Below are positions 30,694 through 38,768 of a stretch of DNA of 64,000 nt, one piece after another (position 1 is the first letter of the stretch; each line of letters opens with the position of its first letter). Source of the stretch: Bdellovibrio sp. (GTDB taxonomy: Bacteria; Bdellovibrionota; Bdellovibrionia; Bdellovibrionales; Bdellovibrionaceae); NCBI GenBank assembly GCA_036677065.1, contig JAKFBS010000001.1, forward strand, positions 256,001-320,000, in the 5' to 3' direction. The translations under genes were made by a program, and so were the position numbers. The notes under the pieces are model-generated. The model did no database searches, was not told where the DNA came from, and saw only the letters and a list, made by a program, of their open reading frames with translations.

Positions 30694-30714
30694 TTTGTTC
30701 TAAAGTGCGAATAT

Positions 30715-31500
30715 TTAAAGAAGTTTAATAAATTCTGCGATAGTTTGAACATCTTCGTCTTTTAATCCATACAAAATAATTGGTGAGAATCGAGGATTCT
30801 CAGAAACTAAATGGATTACAGTATCTTGTTCGGTATCACTATCATTAGTTGCTTTAGGTGGTGTTTGCCTTACATATTTTTTGATTACGAAACTTTCTGC
30901 AGATTCAGGGTCGCGCAGACTACGCGCTTGAATCAGAAAAACTTTTCCTTGTCTAGAGCCGCCTGTATATTTACGAAACAAACATAGATCGCCGTTATTA
31001 ATACGCGGCTGCATTGATTCACCCTGAACATAAGTTGCAAAGTAATCTGCAGATGAAGATTTTAAATTAACTTCGACCCAGCCCAAAGGAGTGCTATCCG
31101 TATACTGATCATTATCAGAAAATTTACCAGCGGCAACCTTGATAGGATATACAGGTATATAGTTTGGGGGCGGCTTGAAATCTTCCTCATAGGGAATGAC
31201 TCGCGAATCTTTAGCTATATTGGGCATGTCTTTTAAAAAAGCCAATAAGTCTAGTAGAGATACGTTCAGTGCTTCTGCATACCTGAGGAGAACTAGCACT
31301 TGAGCATCAGCAGTGCCCTTTTCTAGGCGGTCAATACTAGCTGATGAAAGCTGACTGGCTTCCTTAGATAGGCGATCAATCGAGTATCCTTTTTGTAATC
31401 TGAGTTTACGGCAATGATCGCCCAATGCTTTTAAGAAAAATTCATTCTTGTATCTTTTGCGAGGCAAACCAAGACGTTTGGCGGGTTTTGCAAGTGTCAT
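30715..31500 (-). CDS. XRE helix-turn-helix plus S24 (LexA/CI-like) peptidase regulator
   Basis: XRE HTH (LRLQKGYSIDRLS...SIDRLEKG), VAAG cleavage site, GESMQP, IKKY. Confidence 0.85.
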   Translation of the reverse strand: MTLAKPAKRLGLPRKRYKNEFFLKALGDHCRKLRLQKGYSIDRLSKEASQLSSASIDRLEKGTADAQVLVLLRYAEALNVSLLDLLAFLKDMPNIAKDSRVIPYEEDFKPPPNYIPVYPIKVAAGKFSDNDQYTDSTPLGWVEVNLKSSSADYFATYVQGESMQPRINNGDLCLFRKYTGGSRQGKVFLIQARSLRDPESAESFVIKKYVRQTPPKATNDSDTEQDTVIHLVSENPRFSPIILYGLKDEDVQTIAEFIKLL

Positions 31501-31532
31501 AAGTCTAGGATATCCCAAATACAATTTGGCCC

Positions 31533-31571
31533 ATTCCTTATTAGGAATATATATTATTCCTAATAAGGAAT
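31533..31571. promoter_or_regulatory. Perfect 17-bp inverted repeat (tandem operator) between divergent genes
   Basis: ATTCCTTATTAGGAATA-TATAT-TATTCCTAATAAGGAAT; each arm is itself ATTCCT-N4-AGGAAT. Confidence 0.8.
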
Positions 31572-31576
31572 AAAGC

Positions 31577-32542
31577 GTGATCAATTATTATATTAAAAAT
31601 TCAGTTACATTGCTCTTGATTGGCCTGCTCACTGCTTGTGGTAAAGAATCCCCAGTAAACAAACAAGCTGTTTTTACTCTAAGCTTACATGGCAGTGCGA
31701 CTACATTTTACGAAAAAATAAATCCTGCATTTAATGCAGGTGCTATCGTCGAGAATTCGATGGTGAGCTTTCAAAATCAAATTTTTGCTTTCTATGATGA
31801 AGGTGCTAACGGAAATTTCACAAGCGCAGAGTTGGGCAATTCAGGTCAGAATTTTTTCAATCAAAAGATATTGAATTTAGACAGGCGTTTTTCTTACGTA
31901 CTAAATTATCAAGAAACGCTTTATAACTTCTTTTATAAAGAAAACTCAATTTATTTAGAAAAAAGCACAGATGGTTTAAATTGGCAGCTAATGAACAATG
32001 GGTTACCGGTATTAAATTCTGAACCGGATCCAAATTCAATTTACTATAATGTATGGAATGTTGCTGTAACGGTCGACGAGATGGGTGTCTGGCATCTATT
32101 CGTTGAGTGTGCTGATATCCGTAATAATGCATACGCTGGCTTAGCGCATTCGACAGCAGTTATGGTTGGCGATCAGATAGATTTTAATCCGAATAAATCC
32201 AGCACTTTTTTAATTCAGCAGGCGGGAAATCCTTACGTCACTAATGTGCCTGGTAAAGGCCTTCTAATTGTGTATGGACGAATATTTTTACCTAACGAAA
32301 ATTTTGATTATGAATGGTATGTATCTGCAGCAACATTCAATTTCAATACTAATACTGTGACTGAGCATAATGAGTTTCAAGTTGGCGTGCGGGGTATTCA
32401 TGTCGCTGATCCTCATTTGGTAGAGTTACCTAGTGGAAAACTTTTGTTAAGTTTAAGCGTTAATCAGAATTCAACTTATTTTGCCTATTCGGATCAAAGC
32501 ATGAGCGAGTTTTACGATTTGTTGCTAAATGGGCTTTACTAA
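31577..32542 (+). CDS. Lipoprotein with a probable beta-propeller, glycoside-hydrolase-like fold
   Basis: LTAC lipobox; STDGLNW Asp-box-like, AGNPYV, VADPHLV. Confidence 0.55.
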   Translation: MINYYIKNSVTLLLIGLLTACGKESPVNKQAVFTLSLHGSATTFYEKINPAFNAGAIVENSMVSFQNQIFAFYDEGANGNFTSAELGNSGQNFFNQKILNLDRRFSYVLNYQETLYNFFYKENSIYLEKSTDGLNWQLMNNGLPVLNSEPDPNSIYYNVWNVAVTVDEMGVWHLFVECADIRNNAYAGLAHSTAVMVGDQIDFNPNKSSTFLIQQAGNPYVTNVPGKGLLIVYGRIFLPNENFDYEWYVSAATFNFNTNTVTEHNEFQVGVRGIHVADPHLVELPSGKLLLSLSVNQNSTYFAYSDQSMSEFYDLLLNGLY

Positions 32543-32556
32543 TGCAGGTCTTGCGG

Positions 32557-32582
32557 CTTGTGTGATTTTTTTGAAGTTTAAT
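32557..32582 (+). repeat. Direct repeat copy 3 of the TIGR02147 3' end
   Basis: CTTGTGTGATTTTTTTGAAGTTTAAT matches 24153-24178 at 25/26; difference is synonymous TGC/TGT. Confidence 0.8.
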
Positions 32583-32684
32583 TCTTGTCTACGAAATTGA
32601 CAGTCCCTTTCTTATTTTCCTGAACCTGTGTTCTTCTGTGTTTTCTGAGCGAAACCGGCCTCGTTATGCTAAAAAATAGCTTCT

Positions 32685-33449
32685 ATGAAAGCCTTTCTGC
32701 TGACATTACTTTTTACTGTTTCTGTACAAGCTCAAGTTAATCTTGCGGTGGAATACAATAGAATACGACTAGAGGCGACTCAGCTTGCTGGGCGGCCGCA
32801 GGATATTCCACAACGGGTCGAACAGCTTAAAAAAATGTATTTAGATTCTAATGGTCGCTATGCTTTTCCGTTAGTGGCCGCTCATGGTGCAAAATACGCT
32901 GATAAGATTTTTTCAATTACGCAAACGGCCAGCGAGTTATTTTCTATTACGACATGGTTCATGGATTCTAAAGAGATGACTCAGCTCGATCGGTTGAATC
33001 TTTTAGTTTATGATTTAACCAATGAACTAGAGGATGTGAATCGTTTTGTTTTTATCGATACGTATACGAATTACTACTTCGCTAAGAAGTACGGTCGAAT
33101 GATAGGTGCTGATAAATTTATTCCAGCTGTATTGTTGCAGCAATTAAATAAAATGCTGACGATTCCAGTTTATACGGCTGAAGCCAAGCGAGAGTTGTTC
33201 TATCAAGCTTTAATGTATGAGCAACACGCGCGTGTCAGCCCGATGATTAAAAGAGTTTGTGGTGGTTTTTCAGAACAATGGTTATTGCCATTGATTATGA
33301 AGCCGCAAGTGCAGTTTTCTTATTTTCCTGTAAGTACTAAGTTTCAATTTCAAGACTTTTCTTCTGAAGAAGAACGTATTCATTACGCCTTAAAATCTTA
33401 TGATCTAGCGGCGCAGGTCGGCTGGCCGCACGTATTAAATACTTTATAA
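32685..33449 (+). CDS. Secreted helical hypothetical protein (weak DUF2515-like motifs)
   Basis: Signal peptide ending VQA; N..VFID, YEQ, DFSSEEERI. Confidence 0.6.
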   Translation: MKAFLLTLLFTVSVQAQVNLAVEYNRIRLEATQLAGRPQDIPQRVEQLKKMYLDSNGRYAFPLVAAHGAKYADKIFSITQTASELFSITTWFMDSKEMTQLDRLNLLVYDLTNELEDVNRFVFIDTYTNYYFAKKYGRMIGADKFIPAVLLQQLNKMLTIPVYTAEAKRELFYQALMYEQHARVSPMIKRVCGGFSEQWLLPLIMKPQVQFSYFPVSTKFQFQDFSSEEERIHYALKSYDLAAQVGWPHVLNTL

Positions 33450-33821
33450 CTAATCTTGGTATACGCGAGTGAAGCAAGAAAAACGGTGGTGAACGCCGCT
33501 CTCATAAACATCAACGCGGATGTTGTCGTTGTTTGTTCCAAAAACGCCTTTTGGAAAAACTAAGTAAGATTCGTTAACGGCATCAACTAATTTGTAGTAG
33601 ATGCCGTCTTCTTTTTCTTCGATTTTTTCGATATGGTAAAGTTGGTGAGCATCTGTTTCAGCACCCAAAGTAACAAATAACGTGCCTTTTTCTAACGTTG
33701 GTAAGTTCACAACGCTGTAAAATTCTTTATCTAAGTCTGAACACTGTGTGTACTGACGGGCAAAAGCTGCTGTTGATACTAATAATCCTAATACTAAAAT
33801 CATCATTTTCATAAGACCCAC
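33450..33821 (-). CDS. Small secreted hypothetical protein
   Basis: Signal peptide ending AFA; two Cys; AAGGAG upstream. Confidence 0.7.
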   Translation of the reverse strand: MGLMKMMILVLGLLVSTAAFARQYTQCSDLDKEFYSVVNLPTLEKGTLFVTLGAETDAHQLYHIEKIEEKEDGIYYKLVDAVNESYLVFPKGVFGTNNDNIRVDVYESGVHHRFSCFTRVYQD

Positions 33822-33963
33822 TCCTTGTTAATTTAAAAGTGTTTATGGGCGTAAACGCTACGCTAGTCAATGAAACCACCGCGGTCGATAGAAATGAAAA
33901 CTAAGTGAATTTTTATGCGCATAATATTCAAGGTATTTCAAAATGAGACAGTTAAATAACGGT

Positions 33964-33990
33964 GAAAATTCGAAAACAAAAAGCCGATAA
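33964..33990 (+). promoter_or_regulatory. Putative FliA (sigma-28) promoter
   Basis: GAAA-N15-GCCGATAA with a perfect -10 element, 7 nt before ATG33998. Confidence 0.65.
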
Positions 33991-33997
33991 GTCTTGT

Positions 33998-35137
33998 ATG
34001 AAACTAGTCTTATCCGTTCTTTTATTGTCGTGGTCTTTAGCCAGCTTGGCGCAACAAAATATTTCTAATGTCGGTTTAGCGACTTGGGTTTCGCCCAATT
34101 GGCAGACTTATCAGGCAATAGGATACACTGCAGATACTTTCAAAGTGCCCGAAGGGCTTAAAAAGAGCGTCGATTTCTGGATTCAGATTTACACAAAATA
34201 CACGACCCAGCAGGGTGTGTTTCACGTTGCGGGTGACACTGACCAGATCCTTGGGGATTTTGATCTTACGCAAGTTTATGCCAATCAAAAATGGTCGCCG
34301 GTTCGTCGTGAATTAGAGGCCGAGATTTTAATTAGACGTCAGAAAAAACTATTGGCTTCGCGTTTTAAAATTGATGTTAAAAAAATTCGTCTACAAATGG
34401 GTTTAAAAGATCGGATGCAACACGCGATTAAAGTATCTGGGTATTATTTACCGCAGATGGAAAAAATCTTTGAACAAGAAAAAATTCCTAAAGAATTAAC
34501 ACGCGTGGTGTTTGTTGAAAGTTCATTTAATATTTTTGCTGAATCAAAAGTAGGGGCTAGTGGTCTTTGGCAAATCATGCCACGTGTATCAAGAAAATTT
34601 AAATACATGCAAGATGCGCAAGATTTGCGAAATCACCCGATCTATGCAACAAAACTTGCAGCTAAAATCTTTAAAGAAAATTATCAGATCTTAAAATCAT
34701 GGCCACTGGCAGTGACTGGTTACAATCACGGTGTGGGCAGTATGCGTAAACTTGTGAAAAAATATAAATCTAACGATATTTCGTATTTAGTAGATAACGT
34801 AGGTGCTAGTAAAAGTTTTGGTTTTGCATCTCGAAATTTCTATGCAACTTATTTAGCGGCGCTGTACGTTGAATCACATGCTAATTTATATTTTCCAGAA
34901 CCTGTTTACAAGTTTCAGGAATTACAGGTGCGCGCAGTTAAGGTGGTAAAACCTATGCCGTATCATGAGCTGTTAAGCTATTTCGGCTCTGATCGCATTA
35001 AACTGCGACTGTATAATCCACATATCAAATCAAGTTACCTAAAGCCCGGCAAAAGCCTTCCTAAAGGTGTGATTGCGAATCTTCCGAAAGAAGACAAAAC
35101 TACTAAAATCGCCGGCGTTACCGAACAAGAGCTGTAA
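33998..35137 (+). CDS. Lytic transglycosylase, SLT/MltD-like
   Basis: FVESSFN, SKVGASGLWQIMP, AVTGYNHG, FASRNFY; signal peptide. Confidence 0.9.
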   Translation: MKLVLSVLLLSWSLASLAQQNISNVGLATWVSPNWQTYQAIGYTADTFKVPEGLKKSVDFWIQIYTKYTTQQGVFHVAGDTDQILGDFDLTQVYANQKWSPVRRELEAEILIRRQKKLLASRFKIDVKKIRLQMGLKDRMQHAIKVSGYYLPQMEKIFEQEKIPKELTRVVFVESSFNIFAESKVGASGLWQIMPRVSRKFKYMQDAQDLRNHPIYATKLAAKIFKENYQILKSWPLAVTGYNHGVGSMRKLVKKYKSNDISYLVDNVGASKSFGFASRNFYATYLAALYVESHANLYFPEPVYKFQELQVRAVKVVKPMPYHELLSYFGSDRIKLRLYNPHIKSSYLKPGKSLPKGVIANLPKEDKTTKIAGVTEQEL

Positions 35138-35141
35138 ACGA

Positions 35142-35175
35142 AAAAAAAGCCTTGGTTTTTATCCAAGGCTTTTTT
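35142..35175. terminator. Bidirectional intrinsic terminator
   Basis: AAAAAAAGCCTTGG-loop-CCAAGGCTTTTTT. Confidence 0.85.
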
Positions 35176-35180
35176 GTATG

Positions 35181-35226
35181 TCGCAATAGTACAAGAAACA
35201 GGGCGCGGGCTGCGTGCCCTGGCACC
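35181..35226 (-). repeat. Intergenic repeat family B, copy 2
   Basis: Minus strand GGTGCCAG[GGCACGCAGCCCGC]GCCCTGTTTCT right after the stop at 35229. Confidence 0.5.
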
Positions 35227-35228
35227 AA

Positions 35229-36899
35229 TTAAGGTTTCGATAAGGTCTGTAATTTAATAGGTACGAAAATTCCTTTTGAAATATTCGATCGTAATAAGTA
35301 AGGAACAGCATAATATCGGTTATACTGGTTCGGGATTACGCGAGAAGATTGTAGATCCTCAACGGCTAACTTAATTTTAGCTGTGTAGCTATCGATCGAC
35401 ATAAATGCATCATAGGCTGCTTTGCTTTTTTCCCAAAGGTTACCAATTTTAGCACGTACGCCAGCTTGAGCCGGTGGTGGTGATTGAAACACACGCATCA
35501 AATCGGTGTAAGATTTTAGATCACCCAGTGATTCAGATAACTTAGGAAATAAGAAAGAAAAGATTATTTTATTGAACTGGTGTTTTTCTTCTAATGAATA
35601 AGTCACAAACTCAGTTTTACCGTTTGATTTAGGTAAGACAGGTTTTCCTTTTGGATCTAAAGCTAACTCTAAAAGATAGCCTTGCTGAGTGCTTGTGTTG
35701 TTTTTTACGAAATAAATATCACGGCCAAAAATAGTATAAACTAACGAGCGCATATTCGATACACGCAAAGCCATTTCTTTTTCCCAGATAGGGCCGTCTT
35801 CTTCTTTTTCGAAGCGGTGATATTCATTCATTGGTTGGGGAACAAGTCCACGTAACAACGAGTGAATGATCTTAGTTGTTAAACCTTCATTACCACCTAG
35901 TGAAACAACATAGCGAGCATCAATAGTTTCAGCAGGACGGCCTAAAGCTTTTAAGATCATAGGTTGGTTAACAATCTTCTTAAAATTTTCGCGGTCTTCA
36001 GACAAAGCCAGCGAAATACTTGCGGCTGCCTGAAATGAATCTTGACCAGGGGTATAGTTTTTTAAATAAGTTTCAACACCGTTAGTTACATAGCCAAGTT
36101 TTTTGGCGCGATCAAAAACATTATTTAAGGCAAAATCAACGAATTCAGGTTCGTTCAAAATTTTCTTAGAAACATATTTATGAATAAGTTGGTTTGAGTG
36201 ATATAACTCACCAAGGGCAGCGCCATCTAATTTAGCGTTAGGGCCTTTGTCCGAGAACGCGATTTCATAATCGATTTCAGATTCAGGTAATAGTGTGCGT
36301 ACGGCAACCATAGCTTTTAAAACCGAACGGGCCATGGCAAAATATTTTTCAACAGAAGCTGCGTCTACATAAGGACGATCCGGATGATGCCAAAAGTGAG
36401 CATGGCCTAATTCAGCTACTGTGCCTGCGTGAGCAAATGAATCTTCTAGGGTATGAAGACCTGCAGAGATCTTCATTAAGTTGCCTTCCATTAAACCTTC
36501 AGTAAAAAGTTCTGTCGCAAATTCATGGTCTGCTTCTGTTTCTGTATAAGTATTTAATTCGATTCCAGAAGATGGGTCAGACTTTAATAAACCCGCGAAT
36601 CGAGTCATCGCATCTTGGGGATTTAGTTTATTTGCTAATGGATCCCCCGGAAAATGTAATAGGCGGCGTTTTTTAATACCTGTAGCAGGTAGGATAATCA
36701 TACTTAAAGGATCAGAAATATAAGACTCATCCATCCATTGTGCGCCTAAAGCCAGCTTAAGGGCCACATTGTGTTTGATACCGGCAAAACGGGCCATCGA
36801 GTAAGTTCCGTAAAAGTGTGTATCGACATCATAAGCTGATGCAGAAACCGAAACTAATAAGATCGCTGGCATTATCAATTTTTGAATAAGTTTTTTCAT
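35229..36899 (-). CDS. Secreted DUF6765-like protein, probable Zn-dependent phospholipase C/P1-nuclease-type fold
   Basis: Signal peptide; DTHFYGTY..AR.AG, AQWMDES, LHFP, LHTLEDSFAHAG, GHAH...PD. Confidence 0.6.
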   Translation of the reverse strand: MKKLIQKLIMPAILLVSVSASAYDVDTHFYGTYSMARFAGIKHNVALKLALGAQWMDESYISDPLSMIILPATGIKKRRLLHFPGDPLANKLNPQDAMTRFAGLLKSDPSSGIELNTYTETEADHEFATELFTEGLMEGNLMKISAGLHTLEDSFAHAGTVAELGHAHFWHHPDRPYVDAASVEKYFAMARSVLKAMVAVRTLLPESEIDYEIAFSDKGPNAKLDGAALGELYHSNQLIHKYVSKKILNEPEFVDFALNNVFDRAKKLGYVTNGVETYLKNYTPGQDSFQAAASISLALSEDRENFKKIVNQPMILKALGRPAETIDARYVVSLGGNEGLTTKIIHSLLRGLVPQPMNEYHRFEKEEDGPIWEKEMALRVSNMRSLVYTIFGRDIYFVKNNTSTQQGYLLELALDPKGKPVLPKSNGKTEFVTYSLEEKHQFNKIIFSFLFPKLSESLGDLKSYTDLMRVFQSPPPAQAGVRAKIGNLWEKSKAAYDAFMSIDSYTAKIKLAVEDLQSSRVIPNQYNRYYAVPYLLRSNISKGIFVPIKLQTLSKP

Positions 36900-36911
36900 A
36901 CCCTGATAATG

Positions 36912-36927
36912 TGCAAAATATAAACCC
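36912..36927 (-). promoter_or_regulatory. Putative sigma-54 promoter
   Basis: GGGTTTATATTTTGCA, GG-N10-GC. Confidence 0.45.
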
Positions 36928-37089
36928 TTCTAGATCAATTACACCAGTTTTGGACTGTCAAAGATCTGAACAGAGCCGTTAGATTGTCATCGCCTCATAA
37001 TGAGATTTTAGTATTTTCGCAGGATATTAACATATGACATAGATAGGGAAGGTGAACTAGCGTGACAGCATTAAGCCTTAGGGGGTTTT

Positions 37090-37710
37090 ATGAAATCATG
37101 GTTGGGACTGGTTATTTTCACTGTAAGTTTAACTGCTTTTTCAGCTGATGATCAACGCGTAAGAGCCGGATTATTCGAAGTGCAAAGCGCGCATAGCCAA
37201 ACACAAATTTTATTTAATGAAGTCACGCCCCAACAAAAAGAACGCGTTCGTTATATCAGTCAAAAATTAGCGCTTGCTGAAAGCTATTTACAACAATCGC
37301 TAAACCAGCTTCCGCCAAATCCGCCACATCAAGAAGCGAATGTAGAACTATTTCGTAGTGATTCATGCAAAAGCGATTTAGTTGCTATTGTCAATTCAAC
37401 GACAGATTGCTCGCGATTTGATGATAGCGAATCGGTTTGGGCGATTCGTGTAAATAAAAAGTGTCAGGATATCGACGATACAAATTTAATTATGAGCTGC
37501 CGCGCTTTTAAAGCGGCAAATTCACCGCGTGCAGTGAATCTTTACCGCTCAGATACTTGCCGTGATTCAATGATTGCAGCCATTGATCACAACACTGCTT
37601 GTGAAAGTTTGACTGGTTTAGAAAATGTTTGGGCCATTCAAATCAACGGGCAATGCCAAGATGTGAGTGATCTTGATATCGTAACAGCCTGTAAGAGATT
37701 TAAGCCTTAA
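37090..37710 (+). CDS. Secreted protein with two tandem 4-Cys repeats
   Basis: Signal peptide; repeat V.L[FY]RSD.C...C...VWAI..N..CQD..D......C..FK twice. Confidence 0.75.
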   Translation: MKSWLGLVIFTVSLTAFSADDQRVRAGLFEVQSAHSQTQILFNEVTPQQKERVRYISQKLALAESYLQQSLNQLPPNPPHQEANVELFRSDSCKSDLVAIVNSTTDCSRFDDSESVWAIRVNKKCQDIDDTNLIMSCRAFKAANSPRAVNLYRSDTCRDSMIAAIDHNTACESLTGLENVWAIQINGQCQDVSDLDIVTACKRFKP

Positions 37711-37811
37711 ATAAAATTGATTGATCATTCTTAACAATTTTGCGCAAATCATTTGCGTGAATTTGGGCAATTTGTCTAACCAACAACATTATTATTGGTA
37801 AACTTACTCTA

Positions 37812-37829
37812 ACCCCCAATTCAGGGGGT
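37812..37829. promoter_or_regulatory. Palindrome ACCCCC-N6-GGGGGT (putative response-regulator site)
   Basis: Perfect 6-bp arms; related ACCCCA-N6-TGGGAC at 38635-38652. Confidence 0.45.
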
Positions 37830-37884
37830 GACGCTCCGCTAAGTAGCGCTCAGACTATTATAAATAAAAAGGCGTCTAAATTGG

Positions 37885-38622
37885 ATGAAGATGCTCACCA
37901 AGAATGCTATAAAAGATAGCCTCCTGATGACAACTTTAAGAAAGAGTAGCTTGAAAACATTAGCTGAATTCGCACAGAGCATTTGCTTAGTCATAGAAGA
38001 TAATACAACTCAATTTTTATCAAAAGTAGTGACCTCGGCGTTTCCGGGGATTTCTGTGCATTGTACATCTTCTATAAAAGAGGCTCAAAGCTGGTTACAT
38101 GAGCGCACGACAAATACAAAACGGACTCCATTGTATTTAGCCTTAGTTGATTTGGGTTTGCCTGACGGATCCGGCTTAGAAGTGATTCGTTTATTAAAAG
38201 AAAAAGAGCCACATACACAGTCTGTTGTTGTGACGATTTATGAAGAAGACAAATATCTTTTCGAAGCCTTAAGTGCGGGAGCAGTTGGTTATCTACTTAA
38301 AAAAGATGATCCAAGTTTGTTATCGGATATTTTAAAACGCATTTTACATAACGAACCCCCATTATCACCATCGATTGCAAATCGTTTGATTGAATATTTT
38401 CGCGAGCCTGAAAAACATAGCACAATTAAAACTGAGCTAACCATTCGTGAAAGTGAAACTTTAGCGCATTTAGCTAGGGGATTAACCGTGGCCGAAGCAG
38501 CTGCACGCATGGGTTTAAGTGCGCAGACTGTAGCGGGTTATGTGAAAGTTATTTATCAAAAGTTACATGTCTCTAATCGCGCCGAAGCAACACGCGAAGC
38601 CATTCGTCGCGGCCTAGTCTAA
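37885..38622 (+). CDS. Orphan NarL/LuxR-family response regulator (start uncertain)
   Basis: IED, LVDLGLPDGSG, GAVGYLLK, LTIRESETL...IYQKLHVSNRAEA. Confidence 0.9.
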   Translation: MKMLTKNAIKDSLLMTTLRKSSLKTLAEFAQSICLVIEDNTTQFLSKVVTSAFPGISVHCTSSIKEAQSWLHERTTNTKRTPLYLALVDLGLPDGSGLEVIRLLKEKEPHTQSVVVTIYEEDKYLFEALSAGAVGYLLKKDDPSLLSDILKRILHNEPPLSPSIANRLIEYFREPEKHSTIKTELTIRESETLAHLARGLTVAEAAARMGLSAQTVAGYVKVIYQKLHVSNRAEATREAIRRGLV

Positions 38623-38701
38623 TATGCCATAGAGACCCCATTACGCTGGGACTTTTTTACCGACAAATTCTGTTTTATTGAATACGCCGCACAAGGCCTG
38701 A

Positions 38702-38717
38702 TGGCCCTATGCTTGCT
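38702..38717 (+). promoter_or_regulatory. Sigma-54 promoter
   Basis: TGGCCCTATGCTTGCT. Confidence 0.7.
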
Positions 38718-38768
38718 CCTCTTTGTAAAATTAGGCAAAACACTTTTTACGAAAGACGGAGTTCTCGT

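Noticed and set aside
24145..32582. CRISPR array, integron attC or dif sites for the three direct repeats
   Set aside because: Spacing is kilobases, the repeats are non-palindromic coding remnants, and no cas, intI or XerC/D-type arms are evident.
32656..32672. Sigma-54 promoter before 32685
   Set aside because: GG-to-GC spacing is 9 nt, not the required 10.
20516..33449. tRNA-Val-anchored genomic island or prophage
   Set aside because: No duplicate of the tRNA 3' end and no integrase or phage structural genes seen; the visible repeats derive from the TIGR02147 gene.
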